64,000 bases of DNA from Azolla caroliniana (taxonomy: Eukaryota > Plantae > Polypodiophyta). Of the stretch, positions 47,401-61,281 are shown one piece after another (position 1 is the first letter of the stretch; every line of letters begins with the position of its first letter). The position numbers and the translations under genes were made by a program. The notes under the pieces are model-generated. The model saw only the letters and a program-made list of their open reading frames with translations. It was not told the origin of the DNA and ran no database searches. Location of the stretch: the NCBI GenBank assembly GCA_043228905.1, contig JBHGNT010000006.1, positions 9,920,001-9,984,000 on the forward strand, read 5' to 3'.

Positions 47401-49362
47401 GTACCCTTCTCGTAGACAGCATTCCGGAGCGCCGGTGTTGCCGCAAGGGCTTCCTTCAGCTTCCGGACCGACTCCATGTGCTCGTCTCGCCACTCGAATT
47501 TTCGCCCTTTCTTCAGCAACCCGTATAGCGGCTCCGCAACGTGGGCGTACTGCGGGATCCATTTGTGGTAGAATGCGCATGCCCCCAGGAACCTCCGAAC
47601 TTGTGTAACCGAGCTATAGTCGGTCTTCATCGCGAAGATGGCTTCTACCTTTGCCGGAGACGGCTTCCGGCTATAAGGTCCACATAGGTGTCCGACCACC
47701 AGGATTTCCGATTGCCCGAAGGCCGATTTCTCCCCGGAGAAGGTGAGCCTTGCATCCTCTAGCCTCTGTAGCACCTTCTCGCAGTCGTCGATGTGTGTCG
47801 CCACGAATCGCCGGCATCCGTCCGGCCCGACTGCCTCGTCCTTCTCCTCCACCGGGCACCCCTTGATCGGGATGTCGTCTAGAAACGGCATGGTGATGTC
47901 CGGGATGCAATCCCTCAGTACCTTGTTCATTGCATTCACCATGTGGGCCACCGAGTTGGTCCCTCCTTGTGGCAGGGTACACATTCACACTAGGCCGAGG
48001 GGAGTTCGCATCGTCGTAATATCTCTGTCCTCCACGGCTAGCTGGAACTGATCGTACCCCGAGTACAGATCACCGACCGAGTAAATCGACCTTCCGGCGA
48101 AGGCCTCCGCGAACTCGTCTATGGTCGGTCCGATTCCTGCGTTCCGAATGGTCACTCTGTTGACCGGTTGCAGGTCTTGAATGAAGCGCATCGTTCCGTT
48201 TTTCTTTGGTATGGTAAACCATCGGTTCGAGTATGGGGCACTCGACGGTTCGAGAATGCCCATATCTACTTTCTGCCTGAATAGCTCCATCAACTTCGGG
48301 ATGTGAGCTCTCGGTATTGGAATCGGCTTGAGATTCCACGGCACATGCGGTACCGTGAATATCACCATCGGCTCCACGATCGTCGGGTCTACGCACCCGA
48401 TCTCTTCCGGTGAGAACACGAAGGCTTTCCCGTGCCTTCCAAGCATTCTCTGAAACCGGTCTTCCTCCGCCGGCAGTAGGAACCCGCCCCCACCGATTTT
48501 GAGCTCCCGGAGCGTTCCGTCGGTGAAGGTGTGTCCTATGCAGGCCGGATCTCGTAAACTGGGATTCGACGCAACCCCTCTGATTCGGGACTCGCTGCCC
48601 TCCAGTAAGGGTGCCGCGACTGGCCTTACCTTCCGGTCCACAGTCTTGTACTTCGTGTTAACCCGGGCTGTCCGATCCGACCCGAGCCCCTGACTGAAGT
48701 CCGCGATGACTCCGTACATCTCTTCGGAACATACCGGTATCGTCCGGTGTTCGTTAAGGTCTTCTCCGGCTACGTTCCTCAGCATCCCCAAGGTGTCGTC
48801 GAAGGAGACCGCCTCCACGGCCCCGTTGATTTCCTCGTCCGGGCCGAGAACTCCGCACGCTCGAAGTCGCTCCTCCGCCCTTGCCCTTTCTCGGCCAACG
48901 ATGCCGACTATCATACACCCTCCGTTGCCGGAGAAGCAGACTTTTCTACCTGTCGTACAAGGTTTCTTCGGTTTCGGTTCTATCGTACAGCTGTGGGGTC
49001 TTTCCCGAGTGTCCGGGCTGTCTCGGCCCCACGCCTTGGCAGCCCTCTCTAAAAATCCTCCCGGTTCTCGCCGCCGAGGGATTCGCGGTTCCTCTCGTGG
49101 TTCGGTCTCACGGTCAGAAATTGGACCGAATGGCGCCTGTCCTGGCTTTTGACCCTTGCGTAGGCCGAACCGTTGTCTAGCACCTTGGTCTCCATTCGCG
49201 CCGCCGTGATGTATGGTTCACCTAATATGACCGGGTGCAAAGACGTCTCCTGTACGAAGAAGTGCTGGTCAATCTCGATGTCGCCGATCTTGACTCGTAC
49301 GTTCGGGCAGGCCCCATGCAGTTCCTCGGTGGCGTGCGTCGCCGCCCCTATCTTCCACCCGT

Positions 49363-52300
49363 TGTCGAGGTATTCCTCGCGGATGCGTGGAATGAGGCGG
49401 GACCTCGGGGGTCCTGTACCGAAGAGTAAGAGAGAAAGAGAAGAGACCCACTACGTGCGAGCGTAGATTCACAGGGATACGGCCCTTCGACGCAAAGACG
49501 CGAATGGGACAGCGACACAGAAAGACACGAAAGTATGTATGTATTGACAAGACAAACAACAAGAACACGAAGACAACAAACACGAAGTCGGTTACAACCG
49601 AACAGGCCGGCGAAGAGATGCCGATACCTGCTCGTAAACGCATAGAGGGGAAAGAGTAGGTTGGAGGTGCTGCCGGAAGCACTCGGGCATTCCTCAGAGC
49701 AGCGCGAGCCTCCCGAAACCTGCACAGAAGGAAGCTATGGCGTTTGCAACCGGAAAGAGAGAGAGAGAGAGAGAAGCCTTCGCACGCAAACCGACAGCAC
49801 TTCGTCCTCGACTCTCCGCGATCCTTCTACCGTCCTCGTCTCCCTCCTTTTATAGGCAAGGAAGGAGTTGTTTCTCCTTTTACTCCCTACCTACCGAATC
49901 TACCTAGGATCTCCTATGTACAACTTAAGGCGCACGTGCATGAAGAGTCGGTTTCTACGCTCCGGTGCACCGATTCCGCTCGTGGACGGTTTTCTTCACG
50001 ACATCCGCCCCCACCTAACCGCGCATCCACCGGCATGCGCCAATTGTGTTGGGACGGAGAAAACCGGTCTAGCCTTCATTACCCGCCCGTCGGTTCTTCC
50101 TCGGTTTCGGATCGTTTGTCGTCCCGGTCCAGGTTAACCGGATCCGGCTCGTCGTCGTGACGCTTCTTGAACGCTTTGATCCGTTTCCCAGCTACCGGTA
50201 TCGCCACTCTCGTGCCGTCGAGTTCCACCAGATGGTATGTCCCGTTGTCGTTGGCGCTTTGTACCACGTAAGGCCCGAACCACCTTCTTGCGAACTTCCG
50301 CGTTGCTCGGTGCTGGTTGTCGAGGCTGCTGTCGTAGACTAGCACCCAGTCGCCTTCCTCGATCTTCTTCGGTTGGAGCCGGTGTGTTCGGTCGAACCGG
50401 GCTTTGTTCCTCATCCTTGCTTCCCGAAGCTTTTCCGCAGCCTGCTCCACGTCCTCCGGTCTCCGCTCGAGCTGTCGTATGCGCGCCGTCAACAGTTCCT
50501 CCCGGCTCATCTCGTCTCTCCAGTCCACGGTTGTCCATGAGGAGACTGTACGTTCGATCGGCATGATCGGCTTCTGCCCAAACATGAGCTTTGCCGGCAT
50601 GAATCCGGTTACCGAACTGTGCGTAGTCCGGTCAGCCCACAACCTGTAAGGCAGTAGCCGCGGCCAGTTCCCGGCTTGACCTCCGCATGCCTGAACTAAC
50701 GCCTTGACGATCGGTCCGTGCCCGCGCTCCACCTTCCCATTTGCGTCTGGATTGTACGCAATGGTAAGCGAGAGCTTGACCCCTAACCGGTCGAACAACT
50801 CCTCGGCCTCTTCGGCGTCCAACTCCCCGCGATCAGCCACGATCTTCCCGACGCACCCGTACCGGCATATTACGTCCTCGAGCAGGAACCGAGATACGGC
50901 TGCAGTCGTTTTGTTCTGAAGGGCCGGGCCTTCCACCTGGTTCGTTAGATCTTCCCGAGCCAGGACCAGATACCGCATCTGTCCTACTCCTATCCGCATA
51001 GTTACCAGGTCTACCATCCATTTGAAGTGGATGGTCGGAGGGTACGTAGGGTGAAGTTTGTCCTGGTGTCGGACTATGGAGTGCATCTGACAGCTCTCGC
51101 AAGTTATCACGAATTGATGCACGTCCCGGTACAGTCCCGGCCACCAGTACTTCCCCTTTATCTTCTCGAACGTGGCCCAGGTTCCACGGTGTCCGTCCCA
51201 AGGGCTGTCGTGGTAGGCCATCAGCAGCTCCTCCTGTTCTTCCTTCATCGCCACCACCCGGAGCGGAGCGCCGTCCCTCTTCTTCGGGTGCTTCAATAAG
51301 TATCCGTCCCGGAGAAAGAATCGGTAAGCTTTCTTCCGGATCCGGTTGGCCTCGTCCTTCGTCCATGACGCATCCGGCGTCATTGTCCTCAAGAATCCAC
51401 CGATCTGGAGCCACTCGCCGTCGTACTTGCTCTCGTCGAAGTCGTTAAGTGCCGGAGTGCTCGTCCCATCGGTCCACCGGAGCATCACCAAGTCCGGTGT
51501 CGCGCATCCGGAAACCATGCCAAGAATCGGCAGGCAATCCGTCTCGATAATCACTTCTGTCCCGATCAGGTAGTCTTTGTCCGCCTCTACCGCCGAAACG
51601 ATACCCCAGAGTTCGCTTTTAACCTGGGTGTACCCTCGCTGTCGCTCACTGAGGACCTTAGCGCCGAATCGGATCGGGAACCAAGTGCCGTCCTCGTCTT
51701 CTTGGTTGACGACCCATCCGATCCCGGTCGGACTCGTATCCACCGTTATGTATACCGGGGTACCCTTCTCGTAGACAGCCTTCCGGAGCGCTGGTGCTGC
51801 CGCAAGAGCTTCCTTCAGCTTCCGGACCGACCCCGTGTGCTCGTCTCGCCACTCGAATCTTTGCCCCTTCTTCAGCAACCCGTATAGTGGCTCCGCAACG
51901 TGGGCGTAATGCGGGATCCATATGTGGTAGAACACGCATGCCCCCAGGAACCTCCGAACTTCCGTAACCGAGCTACAGTCGGTCTTCATCGCGGAGATGG
52001 CTTCTACCTTTGCCGGAGACGGCTTCCGGCCATATGGTCCACATAGATGCCCGACCACCAGGATTTCTGATTGCCCGAAGGCCGATTTCTCCCCGGAGAA
52101 GGTGAGCTTCGCATCCTCTAGCCTTTGTAGCACCTTCTCGTAGTCGTCGATGTGTGTTGCTACGAATCGCCGGCATCCGTCAGGCCCGACTGCCTCGTCC
52201 TTCTCTTCCACCGGGCACCCCTTGATGGGGATGTCGTCTAGAAACGGCATGGTGATGTCCGGGATGCAATCCCTCAGTACTTTGTTCATTGCATTCACCA

Positions 52301-54540
52301 TGTGGGCCACCGAGTTGGTCCCTCCTTGTGGCAGGGTACACATTCGCACTAGGCCGAGGGGAGTTCGCATCGTCGTAATGTCTGTGCTCTCCCCGGCTAG
52401 CTGAAACTGGTCGTACCCTGAGTACAGATCACCGACCGAGTAAATCGACCTTCCGGCGGAGGCCTCCGCGAACTCGTCTATGGTCGGTCCGATTCCTGCG
52501 TTCCGGATGGTCACTCTGTTGACCGGCTGCAGGTCCTGAATGAAGCGCAATGTTCCGTTTTCCTTTGGTACGGTTAACCATCGGTTCGAGTATGGCGCGC
52601 TTGACGGTTCGAGAATACCCATATCGACTTTCTGCCTCAATAGCTCCATCAACTTCGGAATGTGAGCTCTCGGTACTGGAATCGGCTTGAGATTCCACGG
52701 GTACATGCGGTACCGTGAATATCACCATCGGCTCCACGATCGTCGGGTCTACGCACCCGATCTCTTCCGGTGAGAATGCAAAGGCTTTCCCGTGCCTTCC
52801 GAGCATTCTCCGAAACCGGTCTTCCTCCGCCGGTAGTAGGAACCCGCCCCCACCGATTTTGAACTCCCGGAGCGTTCCGTCGGTGAAGGTGTGTCCTATG
52901 CAGGCCGGATCTCGTAAACTGGGGTACGACGCCACCCCTCTGATTCAGGACTCGCTGCCCTTCGGCAAGGGTGCCGTGACTGGCCTTACCTTCCGGTCCA
53001 CAGTTTTGTACCTCGTGCTAACTTGGGCCGTCTGATCCGACCCGAGCCCCCGACTGAAGTTCGCGATGACTTCGTACATCTCTTCGGAAAATACCGGTAT
53101 CGTCCGGTCTTCGTTAAGGTCTTCTCCGGCTACCTTCCTTAGCATTCCCAAGGTGTCATCGAAGGAGACCGCCTCCATGGCTCCGCTGATTTCCTCGTCC
53201 GGGCCGAGAACTCCGCACGCTCGAAGTCGCACTTCCGCCCTTGTCTTTTCTCGGCCGACGGTGCCGACTATCATACACCCTCCATTGTCGGAGAAGCAAA
53301 ATCCCCTACCTATCGTACAGTCGTGGGGTCTTTTCCGAGTGTCCGGGCTGTCTCGGCCCCACGCCTTGGCAACCCTCTCTAAAAATCCTCCCGGTTCTCG
53401 CCACCGAGGGATTCGCGGTTTCTCTCGTGGTTCGGCCGCACCGTCAAAAATTGCACCGAATGGCGCCCGTCCTGGCTTTTGACCCTCGCGTAGGCCGAAC
53501 CGTTGTCCAACACCTTGGTCTCCATTCTCGCCGCCGTGATGTATGGTTCCCCTAATATGACCGGATGCGAGGACGTCTCCTGTACGAAGAAGTGCTGGTC
53601 AATCTCGACGTCGCCGATCTTTACTCGCACATTCGGGCAGGCCCCGTGCAGTTCCTCGGTGGCGCGCGTCGCCGCCCGTATCTTCCACCCGTGCCTGGTG
53701 TTGATCGGCCACTTTCCCTTCTTATAGAAGTCCATGGACATTAGGTTTATTTCCGAACCGTGGTCCACCAACGCCACCACCGGTTCCTGAACATCTCCGA
53801 TCTTTATCGGGGTCTCCGTGGTCGCTCGGGCCCAGTGTGGCCTCGAATAGTGGCTCTCCGCCCACTCATCTTCCAGCGCCGAGTCGTCGATGTGCGTCGT
53901 CCGCACCTCCACCGGTCTTTCCGGTTCCGTCTCCGTCGACAGTCTCTTCCGTTTCACCAAGTCTACAATGGAGTCGTGGAACTCATTCTTGGCGATCCCT
54001 AGCACCTCCCGTAATGACAGCTCCACTTTGTTGTCGAGGATCCGTTCTTCTAGGACCTTTCGTAGGTCCGTAGTCCTTTCTATTTCTGTCCCCAGTCGGT
54101 ACCCGCCCTTCCTGGGGTTATCTTGCGGGCCGGGCCCACCGGCATCGTTCCGTCGTTGCTCGAATTGGGTCTCGTACCGTTGTGAGGACCCGGCCGCTCC
54201 GGCTTTCCCCACTCGTTTTTCTTCTACCAGAGCCTCGTAGTTCCGGCAAGCGGCTTCTACGAAGCCCGTCTTCTCCTCGACCGGATCGCTCCACCCGGTT
54301 ATTTCCCGGACCCGTCTCTCAGCGCGGTCCGTTTCATCTTTCCTCAGCCGCGCGTTGGCGAGGCCTTCCAGCATTGCCGACCAGAAACCGTCTTTACTCT
54401 CCTTTTGGGCCTCGCTGCCCCCGACTCGAATACCGGCTGGCGCCGAGTAGTGGATGGCCTCCACGTGTCGGGCCGCTGCCTCTCCCATCAGTCTCTTCAT
54501 ACCTCCTCGCCCGTCGTTTCAGCTCAGGGCCCGTCGTTTC
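49363..54540 (-). mobile_element. Ty3/gypsy element D2 (same family) nested in the D1 protease; 3' LTR 49363-50003; 5' part missing
   Basis: Third LTR with diagnostic differences from the outer pair; own pol (50079-53274) and gag-PR (53379-54500). RNase H has a 54-aa in-frame deletion relative to D1. Confidence 0.88.
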
Positions 54541-56310
54541 GGCATCGTTCCGTCGTTGCCTGAATCGGGTCTAGTACCGTTGTGAGGGCCCGGCCGCTCC
54601 GGCTTTCCCCACTCGTTTGTCTTCTACCAGAGCCTCGTAGTTCCGGCAAGCGGCTTCTACGAAGCCCGTCTTCTCCTCGACCGGATCGCTCCACCCGGTT
54701 ATTTCCCGGACCCGTCTCTCAGCGTGGTCTGTTTCATCTTTCCTTAGCCGTGCGCCGGCAAGACCTCTCAACATCGCCGACCAGAATCCGTCTTTGCCCT
54801 CTGTTCGGGCCTCGTTGCCCCCGACCCGAATTCCGGCCGACGCCGAGTAGTGGATGGCCTCTACGTGTCGGGTTGCTGCCTCTTCCATCAGTCTCTTCAT
54901 ACCTCCTCGCCCGTCGTTTCGGTTTAGGGCCCTCCTAGTGTCGCCGGCGTGCACCCGACCTTCCCACAGGTACACCACCCGGTTCCTCAATGCCTCTGCG
55001 AAATCGCCGCAGTCCTTCCGAATGTGGCCGACCTCGTCGCACCACATGCACCTGTTCCTCGCTGCCGGCCGTCGGTCATGAGCCGGTTCGCCGCCTTCCC
55101 TTCGAGTCTGGGCGATCTAGAGATCCTTTATCGCTCGCGTCAACTCCTCCAACGCTGCTCCTCCGGACGAGCCATTGACCATGCCGGACGAAGCCGGACC
55201 GGTTTCGAGCCATTCCCGGGTCTCTTCCCTTCGCACTTGCGGTGCCGGTTCAAGCCTCCTTGCTGTGGCAGAGCCCGCACCGGCCGCCCCGTTGTCAGCC
55301 CATTCTCGCCGTTTGTCGAAACGGCCACAGACTCTCTTAACCGCAACCCAGTCGGTTGTCAGCCCGTCCTCGGTTTCCAGCAAGGAGCCGACTTGGTCCC
55401 GGTCCCGCTCGTCCACCGACTTGACGAACAGTAGGACCCGGCTCGTATCCAGAACGGTTCGGTCAAGCGCCGAAAGGTGCGCAAAGCGTTCTTCGAACTC
55501 CCGGAGGAGTGCCGTCGCGTTTCTTCCCTTGCCGGGGAACTCCACCCATTCCATGAAGTCCCGTTTCGAAAGCCGGAGCGTGTCGTCCAGCCCGTATTTT
55601 TCTAGGAGTCGGCCTTCGAACTCCTCCCAGGTACGGCTCTCCGCCCGCACCTCGAGCACCTCCGCATGGATGCTCGGCATCGCCACTCGAGGGAACCCGG
55701 CAAGACACCTCTCTTTCGGAATGTCCCGCATCAGCATTTCTGCCCCGTAGGACGCCAAATACTTCGTGGCATCCTTTCCGCTGAACCGGCCAATCGCACC
55801 GACGACCGCCTCAATGGCTCTGTCGAGGGCGCCGGTGCCCTCGCGTGCACTCAATATCCAATCCACGGCCGAAGCCATGGCTTCTGCAAGATCTGACCCT
55901 TTCATCTTCTGCTCTTCTGCCGCCTCCTTCATGTCGGGTTCACCAAAGATGTCGAGGTACTCCTCGCGGATGCGTGGAATGAGGCAGGACCTCGGGGGTC
56001 CTGTACCAAAGAGCAAGAGAGAAAGGAGAAGATGCCACTACGTGCGAGAGTAGATTCACAGGGACACGACCCTTCGACTCAAAGACGCGAGTGGGACAGC
56101 GACACAGGGAGACACAAACGTATGTATGTATTAACAAAGACAAACAACAAGAACACGAAGACAACAAAACACGAAGTCGGTTACAACCGAACAGGTCGGC
56201 GAACAGATGCCGATACCTGCTCGTAAACGCACAGAGAGGAAGGAGTAGGTTGGAGGTGCTGCCGGACGCACTCGGGCATTCGTCAGAGTAGCGCGAGCCT
56301 CCCGAAACCT

Positions 56311-56938
56311 GCACAGAAGGAAGCTATGGCGTTTGCAAACCAGAGAGAGAGAGAGAGAAGCCTTCGCACGCAAACCGACAGCACTTCGTCCTCGACTCTC
56401 CGCGATCCCCTTTTCCCTTCTCGTCTCCCTCCTTTTTATAGGCAAGGAAGGAGCCGTTTCCCCCCCTTTCTTCCTACCTACCGAATCTACCTAGGATCTC
56501 CTATGTACAACTTAAGGCGCACAGAAGGAAGCTATGGCGTTTGCAAACCAGAGAGAGAGAGAGAGAAGCCTTCGCACGCAAACCGACAGCACTTCGTCCT
56601 CGACTCTCCGCGATCCCCTTTTCCCTTCTCGTCTCCCTCCTTTTTATAGGCAAGGAAGGAGCCGTTTCCCCCCCTTTCTTCCTACCTACTGAATCTACCT
56701 AGGATCTCCTATGTACAACTTAAGGCGCACAGAAGGAAGCTATGGCGTTTGCAAACCAAAGAGAGAGAGAGAGAAGCCTTCGCACGGAAACCGACAGCAC
56801 TTCGTCCTCGACTCTCCGCGATCCCCTTTTCCCTTCTCGTCTCCCTCCTTTTTATAGGCAAGGAAGGAGCCGTTTCCCCCCCTTTCTTCCTACCTACCGA
56901 ATCTACCTAGGATCTCCTATGTACAACTTAAGGCGCAC
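56311..56938. repeat. 208-bp unit triplicated within the D1 5' LTR
   Basis: GCACAGAAGGAAGCTATGGC starts at 56311, 56519 and 56727; this LTR is 1057 bp against 639-641 bp for its sisters. Confidence 0.95.
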
Positions 56939-57006
56939 GTGCATGAAGAGTCGGTTCCTACGCTCCGGTGCACCGATTCCGCTTGTGGACGGTTTTCTTC
57001 ACGACA

Positions 57007-60000
57007 ACATGAACACAAGGTCGAAGGGCATGGCCAAGGAATGGGAGACGTAGGAGTCCATCCGGAAGCAAGCAACAGAATGGGTTAAGAAAGCAAACGA
57101 GCAAAACGTAACAGACTTAGAGCGGCAAAAAGAGAACACCGTGGGCTTACCGGCGGCAGTCACTCCGAGAACGAGACATGGCAGGCGTTGCAAGAATGCC
57201 AGATTACGCTGCCACTAGGAAGACTCCTACAGCTCGTGCCAAGATTCACGAAAGGACTGAAGACAGCCATGACGGAAGGAGAATCATCTCCGGCACCGGT
57301 ACTCTTCTCGAATCCGGAGGAGGGACCAACGGTGGTGGACACCAACAGTCCGGTAATTACTGCCATTGTAAAAGGGAAAGAACTCCCCAACAGAGTAATA
57401 GATGGAGGCTCCGGTGTGAATGTAATAAGCCTCCGGACGTGTGATGCCCTGGCAATCCACGAGTGGGAGCCGTGTCCGTTCTGGTTACGGATGGCCGATA
57501 CAAGCTCAGTGCGGCCGACAGGATTAATACGAAAATTAGAAGTCATCGTTGGCGGTCATACATTTCACATCTCGACAGTGGTGCTACAATTACAGGCACA
57601 AGGCGCGTACCCGCTATTGTTGGGGCAGCCATGGTTCAAAACGGCACATATCAAACAGAATTGGAGGAAAAATATAATTACCTTCCGGCGAGGAAAAGCC
57701 AAGGTACGTGTACCAACATAGCCAAGGACGAGCACTGGCAAGGAATGTACACCGTTGTATGCAGAGTGCGTCAACATGCTAGAAGGGTTAGTTGACGAAG
57801 AAGAAGCTTAGTACTTGCAGGAAAACCCGAAGATTGTACCCCTCTTCGAAATTGACATTGCCGAAGCAGTAGCACCATACTTAGCGCAACTGGAAGAGAC
57901 TGAAGCAAAACCGGATAAGGATGCAATCCGAGAGTTACGGCAAGTGCAAGAAGCGTTGGAATGGGAAATGGCCGTTTCACAACGCATAAAAGCGTCGCAA
58001 CTTGAAGAGGTGAAACTAGGGACCACGGACGAAGCAAAATCGGTGCACATTGGCAAGGAGATGAGGTCCGAAGAGAAAACAACGATGATCACACTTCTCA
58101 CGGAATTTCGCGACTAGTTTGCCTGGTCATACGAAGACATGCGAGGGCTCGACCCTCAGTTATACTAGCATCAGATTCACTTGAGCAAGGACGCAAAACC
58201 AGTGGCACAAAGACGGTACCAGATGAATCCCAATTATGCCGCCAAAGTCAAAGAGGAAATCGACAAACTGCTAAGAGTTGGCTTTATCCGTCCGGTAAAG
58301 AAAGCGACATGGCTGAGCCCGATCGTATCCCGATCGTAGTCGTACTGAAGAAGAACGGAAAAATTCGAGTTTGTGTGGACTACCGGAAACTCAATGCGGC
58401 TACGGTAATGGATGCGTTTCCACTTCCGTTCACAGATGGAGTGTTGGATGCCGTCGCCGGCCATGAGGTCTATAGCTTTCTAGACGGATTCAACGGGTAT
58501 AATCAGATGCGGATGCACCCCGACGACCAAGAGAAAACGGCTTTCGTCACCGAATGGGGGGTGTTTGTGGCCGTGGTGATGATGTTCGGACTCAAAACGA
58601 CACCGGCAACATTCCAACGAATCATCATGGAAATCTTTGGTGAATATATCCCGGCTTTTATGCAGGTTTTCCTTGATGATTTTGCCGTCTATAGCTGGGA
58701 AGAGGATCATTTGCAGCACCTCTGTCTTTGTCTTGAAAAGGATAGAGCGTACCGGCTAAGCTTGAATCCGGCAAAGTGTGTATTTTGTGTGTCTAGTGGA
58801 ACCCTACTAGGACATATTGTGAGCAAGGAAGGCATTGCAGTCGACCCAGACAAAGTGAAAGCCATATTAGAAGCACCGGCGCCGGCGTCGGCAAAGGCAT
58901 TGAGCCGGTTCTTAGGCCAGATCCGGTGGCACAGCCGGATACTCCGATACTTGGCCGACCTGGCTACACCATTGCATGCCGCGGTACATCGAACACCATT
59001 CCAGTGGACAAACACCGAGGATAGGGCGTATAGGGCCCTCAAGGTACTATTGTCGCAAGCATCGGTAGTGTAGCCTCCGGATTGGAGTAAAGAATTTCAT
59101 GTGTTCGTGGACGCCTCCGACATCGCAATCGGAAGTGCACTGATGCAGCTTACGAAGCCAAAGTGGTACCGGCCAGTGTACTATGCCAGCCAAAGCTATC
59201 CCAAGAGGAATGGAACTACTCTACCACGGAACGGGAAGCTCTAGGGATGATCTACAGTGTGACAAAGTTTCGACATTATTTATTGGGAAGGAAGTTTTCC
59301 TGAACCATGTAGATCATTCGGCACTCCTCTACCTGGTGTCCAAGGTGTCACTCACCGGTAAGTTGGCCCGGTGGACCTTAGTGTTACAGGAATTCAAGTT
59401 CGAAATATTCCACCGACCCGGTATACAGCATGCCGTAGCGGATTATTTAAGCCGACTAGAGTCCGGAGAGACGGGTGACGGAGTAGCGGACGAGTTTCTG
59501 GATGCGGAGTTGTTTTGAGACACTACGGAAACAACAGTAGATGAGACGGTGGCACAGGAAGACAAGTGGCTCACAAATATGCACCAGTTTCTGAGCACAG
59601 GACTGCCTCCGGAGGCGATGAACCAGGACGAAAGGAAACGCATGGCGGTGCAAAGCCGACATTTCTGCTTACTGCGAGACACACTTTACCACAAGGGCGC
59701 GGACGACATATGGAGACATGTTGTGCGCAGCGATGAAAAGGACCTCATACTGAGGGAAGCCCACTACGGAGTTGCCGGAGGGCACTATGCCGGAGATGCG
59801 ACGGCCAGGAAAATATGGCAAAGTGGCCTATGGTGGCCAACTACATTAAGAGATGTTGTACGGTACGCAAAAGAATGTGACCTATGCCAGCGAATGGGCC
59901 AGCGAATGGAGCAAGCTCGGATGCCACACCAGCCTGTACTACCACTCCAACCATTCCAGAAGTGGGGGCTGGACTTTGTTGGACCGTTCAAACCACCGGC

Positions 60001-60892
60001 AATGAGAATAGGTAATCGGTACGTCATCGTCGCGACGGATTACTGCATGAAATGGGTGGAGGCCAAAGCCTTAAGAGACAACATCGCTGCGTCAACGGCA
60101 AAATTTCTATACGAATACATCAGGTGCCGTTATGGATGCCCAATCGAATTAATAAGCGACCAAGGGGGGCACTTTCTCGGCCAAGTAGTTGAAAGCCTGA
60201 CAACATTCTATGCCGTTGTCCATAAACAGAGCACACCGTACTATCCGCAAGCAAATGGGTTAGCTGAGTCGACGAACAAAACGCTCCAGAATATCCTCCG
60301 GAAGATCGTCAACGAAAACCGAACGGATTGGGATACCAAGCTACATAGCGTGCTTTGGGCATACCAGACAGCATACAAAACGAGCATCCGAACAACACCG
60401 TTCCAGTTAGCGTTCGGACTAGAGGCGGTCATGCTGGTGGAATTCCAAGTACCAAGCTTACGGATCCAGCTACGGGAACAGCTGAACGAGAAGGAGTTGG
60501 AGGCAATACGGTTAACAATGTTGTGTGAACTCGAGGACTTAGAATTGGAACAACGGCGATGGAAAGCATTTGTCGACCGGCACAGGAAAGGAAATGAAAA
60601 AATGTTCGAAATTGGCAAGCCGGTGTTAGTATTTCAGACCAGGATGGGCAAGATGCCGGGTAAACTACGGTTTAGATGGACCGGCCCGTATTGGCTAACA
60701 CGTGAGTACAATGGGTCCTACCAGTTAGGGACACTTGCCGGCGAAGTGCTAGGCAAATGGGTCAACGGATTCAAATTGAAGCCATATAGAGGACCGATGC
60801 CCAAGAACCCATTTGAGCAAAGGACTGACACCGGATTGGGAACCGGTGCGGAAACGGCAACCACCAAGACGGAGGAGATGGCAAGCCGGTAA
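57007..60892 (+). pseudogene. Element C pol (PR-RT-RNaseH-INT), disrupted
   Basis: VIDGGSGVN, RVCVDYRKLN, LDGFNGYNQ, MMFGLK, FLDDF, VDAS, H..H..CDLC, WGLDFVGP, SDQG, PQANGLAE, WTGPY. Confidence 0.93.
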
Positions 60893-61281
60893 CTGGGGAG
60901 AATGAGGCGACGACAAACCGTAATGAGGCCGGTAAAACAAAAAGCGAAGTAATCATGCAAAAGCGAGGTATGAACGGACGAGAGAGCGAGGAGCGAAAAG
61001 GTACGTAGTGGGCATTTAAGCGCCGCCACAAGACATAATGTTATTTTAGGACACGGCGTGCACATGCTCGAAAAAGGCGCCAGAATGCACAGAGAAAAAC
61101 CAGAGCGCATGGAGACCTTCTACTTTCGCGAACCCAGGAGCACAGAAGCACCAAGACGTTGGAAGATCATCAGACGAGAACCTACGCACAGAGAACCCCC
61201 GCTTTCTGAACTCTCTCTCTCTCTCACTCTCACTCTCATCACCATCCAACCTCGCCACCACAATCCGACCTCGACACAGAC

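Larger units (their letters stand above)
44843..57006 (-). mobile_element. Ty3/gypsy element D1 (LTRs 44843-45481 and 55950-57006; tRNA-Trp PBS 55929-55945) inserted in element C
   Basis: TG..CA LTRs and PPT; 4-bp flanks ACGT/ACAT. The empty site restores element C frame LQHVNTRSK. Pol 45555-48914, gag about 54571-55880. Confidence 0.92.
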
